From the NCBI GenBank assembly GCA_028713575.1, contig JAQTOB010000009.1, positions 1 through 9,282 of the forward strand: a stretch of 9,282 nt of DNA. The letters are read 5' to 3'. Below, in pieces: positions 5,003 through 9,282 of the stretch (positions are counted from its first letter, which is position 1; each line of letters opens with the position of its first letter). The translations under genes were made by a program, and so were the position numbers. The notes beneath the pieces were generated by a model that was not told the DNA's origin, did not search any database, and worked only from the letters and a program-made list of their open reading frames with translations. Origin of the DNA: Patescibacteria group bacterium (lineage in GTDB: Bacteria > Patescibacteriota > Patescibacteriia > UBA2591 > UBA6264).

Positions 5003-8000
5003 ATGGAAAAAAATAAACCGGAAAAAGTGGAAGGAGGCGCTCCTTTCCAATCTAAGAATGAAGGAGTTGAAACCGGCAAGGCAGAAAAAATTTTAGATTT
5101 AAAAGAAATGAGTTTTTTGGAGTTGCAGAACAAAAAGAATCAGCTGGAAACAACTTTATCATTACTAATAAGAGAATCTCCTATGGAAGAAAATGAGCAA
5201 AAAATAAAAGAAATGGAAATGGCCTTAAAAAAAACAGAGAAGGCTCTAGAAGAAAAGAAAGAAAACCTACCTGAGGAAGAAGCAGAAAAAGCGGAAAAAC
5301 AGATAGACCAAAAGACTCAAGAATTAAAGGTAAACGCCGAACAAGCGCCAACCTTGGTTAAGAAAGAAGCTCAAGAAGTGGCAGAACAAGGGCAAGCAGT
5401 TGCCGGAGAGGCTAAAAAGAAGATTGGTTTTTGGAAAAGAGCGAAGAACTTTTTTTCTTCAAGGGAAGTTCAGAAAGCGGGAGGGAAAATGGCCTATGAT
5501 ACAGGCACCACCTTAATTGGCGTTAAAACTATTACTGATCTACTTGGCCTTGCTTTTAAAAGGGGCGATATTTATAATTATCTGCAACAAAACAAAATAG
5601 TAAAAAGCGAAAAAGAAAAATTAAACGAGATGGTAGAAAAAATCGTGGACTTATTGAGGGAACGGGAATCAAAAACCGAAGAAACAGCCGATAAAGAAGG
5701 ACTTGTTACCCGAAACGAATTTTTACGAAAAACCGTAGCGGAATTTCGTCAAAAGGTAGAAGAAGCCAAATCAATTTCTCCAGAAGAAAAAAAGGAATTT
5801 AAAGCGCTTTTAGCCAAAATTATCTCAGAGAGGAAGAAAAAAGTTGAAACAGTGGAAAAAGAAACAGAAGGCAAAACAAAAAAAACATTAGACCTATATT
5901 TACACACAAAAATTAGCGCTTTAAAAATAGTTAAGGACGCCTTAAACACGGCTTTAAGCGGAGCGCAGATGCACGCCCTAAGGGCTCCAATGTATATGAC
6001 GATGTCTGCTTTGGAGCGAGCGGAAAAGGCTAATCTTACCTTTGAAAAACTTAAAATAAAGGGAGAAGTCCTTACTCCGGAACAAGAGGAAGAAAGATCA
6101 AAATTTGCTCATCTTGCCAAAGATTTGACCATAGTGGCGACCACTGAATTTGTTAGGTCTATCGCTTTTCAAGCCAAAACAGAAGAAAGAAAGAAAATGG
6201 GATGGAAAGTCAGAAGCATGGATTTTATCGCCGCCTTCGGTCAATTGGTCAGGATGGTGGGTTTGGCGGGAATCAGTATTGGCGATCTTATTCCCAAAGA
6301 AGGCGGAGGTTCAATTTTTGACGGAAACATATTTGATAGAGTAAAAGAATCTAGTGAAAAGTCTATTGATAAATTAATAGACGCCTATCAGTCTGGAGGA
6401 GCGTTTGGCGTAGCTAAGCAAGTTGGGGAAAACTACATAGAAAATGCGACAAACCTTATACCCCAAAGAATTAAGGGAATTTTTAAAGGAAAGGGGACTG
6501 ATAATAATCTCACCCAGCAAATAGAACAAAAAGGAGGACAAACTCCCAAGGATTATCAAACAGAACAGTCCATGCCCCAAACAGAACCCGTTTCTCCGGA
6601 GCCGGTTGCTCCTATAGTGGAACATTTGGGTTATCAAGGTGGTAAGTCTGTTTGGCATGAATTAGAAAATCAATTAGAAGAAAGAGATTCATTTGATGAA
6701 ATATTCGGCCAGGGAGATGAGGCGGAAAAAACTTACGCCATTGATTATTTAAAGGACAAAATTGCCGCTAATCCCCAAGAATATGGATTGCCGGAAGGAA
6801 CGGATGTTGATGATTTGACAGACGCTCAGTTAAAAAATGTAGATTGGGACAAACTTTGTGATTTAGGGTCAGAAGAAATAGACAAGGCCTTTCCAAATTT
6901 AACAGAAGAAATGAAAGAAAATATTATTGACAATAATAAGCTTTTGCAAGAATATGTTTCTAAAACAGGTAAATCTTTAGATACTGACACAGTAGACCAA
7001 GTTTTAAATGATATTAAAGAAGCTGGAGGCGTTGATGAATATGTTATGGGACAAGAAGCCTCAGTTCCACCCATTTCACAACCATTAGACACCAACCTTA
7101 ACATTAACCCGGAAGTGCCAGTTTTGACTGCGGAAATCGGGGAAAACATTAATCAGCTCAATGATTTAATGGAAAATGCCGGAGATAAGAAAGAAATAAA
7201 CAAAATTGTTGAATCATTGGTGGAAGAATATAATCGGGAACCAATTTTAAATGATAATCCGGAATTTCATGAATCCTTAAATAAAGGTCTAAATTATCAG
7301 TTAGAAAATCTTTTAGAAAACAGAGGGGGTTTATTTAAGGGACGCGTTGGCCAAGAAATAGAAAACATTGTTCAAAATATAACCCAGGTCAATGGATTTT
7401 CCCCTGAAGAAGCCGACGCTTTTACAAGGTATCTTGGCGGGAATGATGGAGTTATTAAACTGGATGATATGGCAAGATTTATGCCCAATGGTCGGTTTGA
7501 TTCAACGCGCTTACAATGGGCAATGCAGGATTTTAAGCAAATAATTCATTCAGGGAAAGTCCCAGTATCTCCGGAATTCACTCCGCGCTGGGTTAATCTC
7601 ATTGACGAGACGGGAAAAAGAAGTTCCAAGCTGGTCAATATGAGAATGATTAACAATAACGTAGAACTTGATTTGAATAATGACGGAATAAGCGACGACG
7701 TATATAACCCCAAAGCCGCCGAAAACATAATGAAATCATTCAACGAACAGGAGAAAATAATGCGTGAAGCGGCAGCCGAGTCGGCAAAAGCTCAAATAGC
7801 TTCACCTTCCGCAGAAAATCCGCCTATCGTGGACAATAAAGCGGCTCCCCCTCCGCCTTTAGGCAAAATGCCGACATTGGGCGGGGAAGGCGGAATATCA
7901 CATCTTGATGAAAAAGAACAATTACTTCAAGAGAAAGAAAGATTAATAAAAGAATTAAAAGAAGAATTGGCTAAACCGTCGGGGGCTCAACTTCAGACAG

Positions 8001-8365
8001 AAACCATACCTCCCACGTCTCAACCTCCGGAGAATTTGCCGGTCGTGGAATCCGCACTCACGGATACGAGTTTGATTAATGTCATCAAACAAAAGTTTGG
8101 AGAAGGAAACATTGAGAGTAAATCATTTGGGAATGAATCGTATTTGAAACATATTAACCCAGAAGGAAAAGTGACTTATCTTCATCCGGACGGGAATAAA
8201 ATGACGTTTGACGAGAGTGCAAGTATAAAACTGGCAGAAGGAGGATTAACTCGCGAACAAGCCGCTGATTTTATTCAGAGAAGAGAAGTGGCGAAACAGC
8301 AGGTAGCTAAGGATTTATCAAATGATATGGATGATATGATACAGCAGGCGAAAGGGAAAAAATAG
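5003..8365 (+). CDS. Large (1120 aa) hypothetical protein: N-terminal acidic coiled coil, helical region with hydrophobic or amphipathic segments, P/Q/E-rich linkers, acidic globular regions, small C-terminal beta-rich module
   Basis: An uninterrupted 3.36-kb ORF starts 21 nt after the previous gene, and only short shadow ORFs lie on the opposite strand. I could identify no catalytic or nucleotide-binding motif by eye. Confidence 0.9.
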   Translation: MEKNKPEKVEGGAPFQSKNEGVETGKAEKILDLKEMSFLELQNKKNQLETTLSLLIRESPMEENEQKIKEMEMALKKTEKALEEKKENLPEEEAEKAEKQIDQKTQELKVNAEQAPTLVKKEAQEVAEQGQAVAGEAKKKIGFWKRAKNFFSSREVQKAGGKMAYDTGTTLIGVKTITDLLGLAFKRGDIYNYLQQNKIVKSEKEKLNEMVEKIVDLLRERESKTEETADKEGLVTRNEFLRKTVAEFRQKVEEAKSISPEEKKEFKALLAKIISERKKKVETVEKETEGKTKKTLDLYLHTKISALKIVKDALNTALSGAQMHALRAPMYMTMSALERAEKANLTFEKLKIKGEVLTPEQEEERSKFAHLAKDLTIVATTEFVRSIAFQAKTEERKKMGWKVRSMDFIAAFGQLVRMVGLAGISIGDLIPKEGGGSIFDGNIFDRVKESSEKSIDKLIDAYQSGGAFGVAKQVGENYIENATNLIPQRIKGIFKGKGTDNNLTQQIEQKGGQTPKDYQTEQSMPQTEPVSPEPVAPIVEHLGYQGGKSVWHELENQLEERDSFDEIFGQGDEAEKTYAIDYLKDKIAANPQEYGLPEGTDVDDLTDAQLKNVDWDKLCDLGSEEIDKAFPNLTEEMKENIIDNNKLLQEYVSKTGKSLDTDTVDQVLNDIKEAGGVDEYVMGQEASVPPISQPLDTNLNINPEVPVLTAEIGENINQLNDLMENAGDKKEINKIVESLVEEYNREPILNDNPEFHESLNKGLNYQLENLLENRGGLFKGRVGQEIENIVQNITQVNGFSPEEADAFTRYLGGNDGVIKLDDMARFMPNGRFDSTRLQWAMQDFKQIIHSGKVPVSPEFTPRWVNLIDETGKRSSKLVNMRMINNNVELDLNNDGISDDVYNPKAAENIMKSFNEQEKIMREAAAESAKAQIASPSAENPPIVDNKAAPPPPLGKMPTLGGEGGISHLDEKEQLLQEKERLIKELKEELAKPSGAQLQTETIPPTSQPPENLPVVESALTDTSLINVIKQKFGEGNIESKSFGNESYLKHINPEGKVTYLHPDGNKMTFDESASIKLAEGGLTREQAADFIQRREVAKQQVAKDLSNDMDDMIQQAKGKK

Positions 8366-8381
8366 GTTTTGATATATACAT

Positions 8382-8415
8382 AAAAGGAAGGCAGAAATGC
8401 TTTCCTTTTGGTTTG
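8382..8415 (+). terminator. Rho-independent terminator of the 1120-aa gene
   Basis: The hairpin AAAAGGAAGGCA-GAAA-TGCTTTCCTTTT (8382-8409) has a 12-bp stem with one G-U pair and a GAAA tetraloop. Its 3' arm ends in TTTT and is followed by GGTTTG. Confidence 0.7.
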
Positions 8416-8418
8416 TAT

Positions 8419-8455
8419 AAAAAAGAATAAAGGGTGCTTTTCGGGAGCACCCTTT
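8419..8455 (-). terminator. Rho-independent terminator of the minus-strand 193-aa gene
   Basis: Perfect 10-bp stem AAAGGGTGCT / AGCACCCTTT (8429-8438 with 8446-8455) and a 7-nt loop. On the minus strand it is followed by ATTC then TTTTTT (plus-strand A6 at 8419-8424). It begins 14 nt after the stop codon at 8469-8471. Confidence 0.7.
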
Positions 8456-8468
8456 AATGAAATGAGAA

Positions 8469-9050
8469 TTATTTTTTGGTTGAAGTCTCGGTTGGAGCTG
8501 ATGTTTTTTCCAGCCTAGCCAGCTTGGCCTCAATCTCGGCTATCCGCTTGATTTTCTCCGCGATTTTCGGATTTAGCCGGACCATCGCCGAGTCCCAGAG
8601 TGCCTGATTCCCGCACTTCTGGTATTGGGCGTACATCGCCATACCGGTAGAATCGTTCTTACCATAGGCAAGGATGAAAACCATCTCCGTTAGGTCGTTG
8701 GTCTGTCTTGCCCGCAAATCAACCTTTTTTTCCAGGACCTTTGTCTTGGAGGCTTGGTTGGCAATCGCAATTGCGTTGCGGGTTGCCAATTCAGAGGTTT
8801 TTTTCAACAGACTATCTGTCGCCTGCAGGCTGACCTGTGTTGCCGCTACGTGGCCATATAGATTCGCCACATAGGTGCTCAACGTGTCAACTTTTGCGTT
8901 GACCGCCAGCACATTTGCCATTACAGAATCGGTTTTGGCTTTATAGGCCTCAACCTTTGAACGAAATGACCTGAACGATAGAGTCATCACTACCATAGCA
9001 ATGACTGCTATGCCTAAACCAAAAACAATAGTGTTTTTTCCTTTTTTCAT
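8469..9050 (-). CDS. Hypothetical membrane-anchored coiled-coil protein (193 aa), compositionally distinct at about 50% GC
   Basis: N-terminal MKKGKN followed by the hydrophobic helix TIVFGLGIAVIAMVVMTL, then long helical A/K/T/L-rich segments. A strong AGGAGG lies 5 nt upstream of the ATG, and the gene has its own promoter and terminator. Confidence 0.85.
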   Translation of the reverse strand: MKKGKNTIVFGLGIAVIAMVVMTLSFRSFRSKVEAYKAKTDSVMANVLAVNAKVDTLSTYVANLYGHVAATQVSLQATDSLLKKTSELATRNAIAIANQASKTKVLEKKVDLRARQTNDLTEMVFILAYGKNDSTGMAMYAQYQKCGNQALWDSAMVRLNPKIAEKIKRIAEIEAKLARLEKTSAPTETSTKK

Positions 9051-9055
9051 TTTTT

Positions 9056-9061
9056 CCTCCT
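9056..9061 (-). promoter_or_regulatory. Shine-Dalgarno AGGAGG of the 193-aa gene
   Basis: Plus strand CCTCCT at 9056-9061 reads AGGAGG on the minus strand, with a 5-nt A-rich spacer to the ATG (9050-9048). Confidence 0.85.
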
Positions 9062-9082
9062 ATTTTGTTAAAGATTATATAT

Positions 9083-9111
9083 ATTCTATCACAAAATTGC
9101 CATTTTGTCAA
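9083..9111 (-). promoter_or_regulatory. Near-consensus sigma70-type promoter of the 193-aa gene: TTGACA - 17 nt - TAGAAT with TG extended -10
   Basis: The minus strand reads TTGACA (9111-9106), the 17-nt spacer AAATGGCAATTTTGTGA, then TAGAAT (9088-9083). The TG lies one base upstream of the -10. Confidence 0.7.
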
Positions 9112-9155
9112 TAATTTGCAGCGGGAAAATTAATAGAAATTAGGATTTAAAAAGG

Positions 9156-9184
9156 AAAAATCAGCCCTATATGGCTGATTTTTT
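9156..9184 (-). terminator. Bidirectional-looking hairpin terminator, most likely ending the minus-strand gene that enters from the right edge
   Basis: AAAAATCAGCC (9156-9166) pairs with GGCTGATTTTT (9173-9183) across the 6-nt loop CTATAT. A- and T-runs on both sides give a U-tract in either orientation. It lies 11 nt downstream of the stop of the 9196..9282 minus-strand ORF. Confidence 0.65.
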
Positions 9185-9195
9185 CAATTTTTTTA

Positions 9196-9282
9196 TTACC
9201 AAGTTCCTGTCTGGGGGGTATTTGGTTGGAATATCTCTGGGAGTTCTACACCCAGAAGTTCTTTGGCCTGTTCGGCCGACAA
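9196..9282 (-). CDS. 3' end of a minus-strand gene truncated by the window edge (...LSAEQAKELLGVELPEIFQPNTPQTGTW*)
   Basis: Translated by hand from 9282 downward: 28 sense codons then TAA (9198-9196), directly followed by the 9156-9184 terminator. It has the same higher-GC composition as the 193-aa gene. It is too short for the ORF track and I could not identify a product. Confidence 0.45.
   Translation of the reverse strand: MSAEQAKELLGVELPEIFQPNTPQTGTW

Noticed and set aside
6478-6501. P-loop-like GIFKGKGT in the 1120-aa protein
   Set aside because: It does not fit GxxxxGK[ST] because the spacing is one residue short. I saw no Walker B or other NTPase motifs.
8744-8752. A further copy of TCTTGGAGG inside the 193-aa gene, matching the ftsZ-upstream repeat
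   Set aside because: A single 9-mer match somewhere in about 18.5 kb of two-strand search space has a chance probability of several percent. It sits in coding sequence with no supporting context.
1-9282. Alternative genetic code, mobile-element genes, toxin-antitoxin or defence-system signatures
   Set aside because: The long ORFs are intact under the standard code, with no in-frame TGA or TAG problem. I saw no transposase, integrase, nuclease, methylase or ATPase motifs and no terminal inverted repeats, so nothing supports such calls.

Overview
The window is AT-rich (about 30-40% GC by eye) from 1 to about 8400 and looks bacterial. Its style fits a Patescibacteria/CPR-like genome, but that is inference only. 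Six co-directional + strand genes fill most of it: (1) a 5'-truncated modular surface protein with an LTD-like tail, poly-Glu linker, Ig/FN3-like repeats and a C-terminal LamG/ConA-like domain; (2) a doubly membrane-anchored protein with two tandem OB-fold (BOF/YgiW-like) repeats; (3) a clear FtsZ; (4-6) three lysine/glutamate-rich ORFans of 115, 63 and 1120 aa packed right behind ftsZ. No ftsA, ftsQ or mur genes flank ftsZ. The intergenic region upstream of ftsZ holds a dense array of TCTTG-core repeats, including 3 perfect 10-bp-periodic copies and 2 inverted copies. It could act as a compound terminator, an operator, or both. At about 8400 two back-to-back hairpin terminators coincide with an abrupt change. 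The two minus-strand genes to the right (193 aa membrane-anchored coiled-coil protein and a 3' fragment) are about 50% GC. The 193-aa gene has a near-consensus sigma70 promoter and an AGGAGG Shine-Dalgarno, which the AT-rich genes lack. I saw no rRNA, tRNA, CRISPR array, transposase or integrase. The best candidate for something undescribed is the ftsZ-linked ORFan trio, which may be a lineage-specific division or cytoskeletal module. This rests on gene context and sequence architecture only, not on homology.
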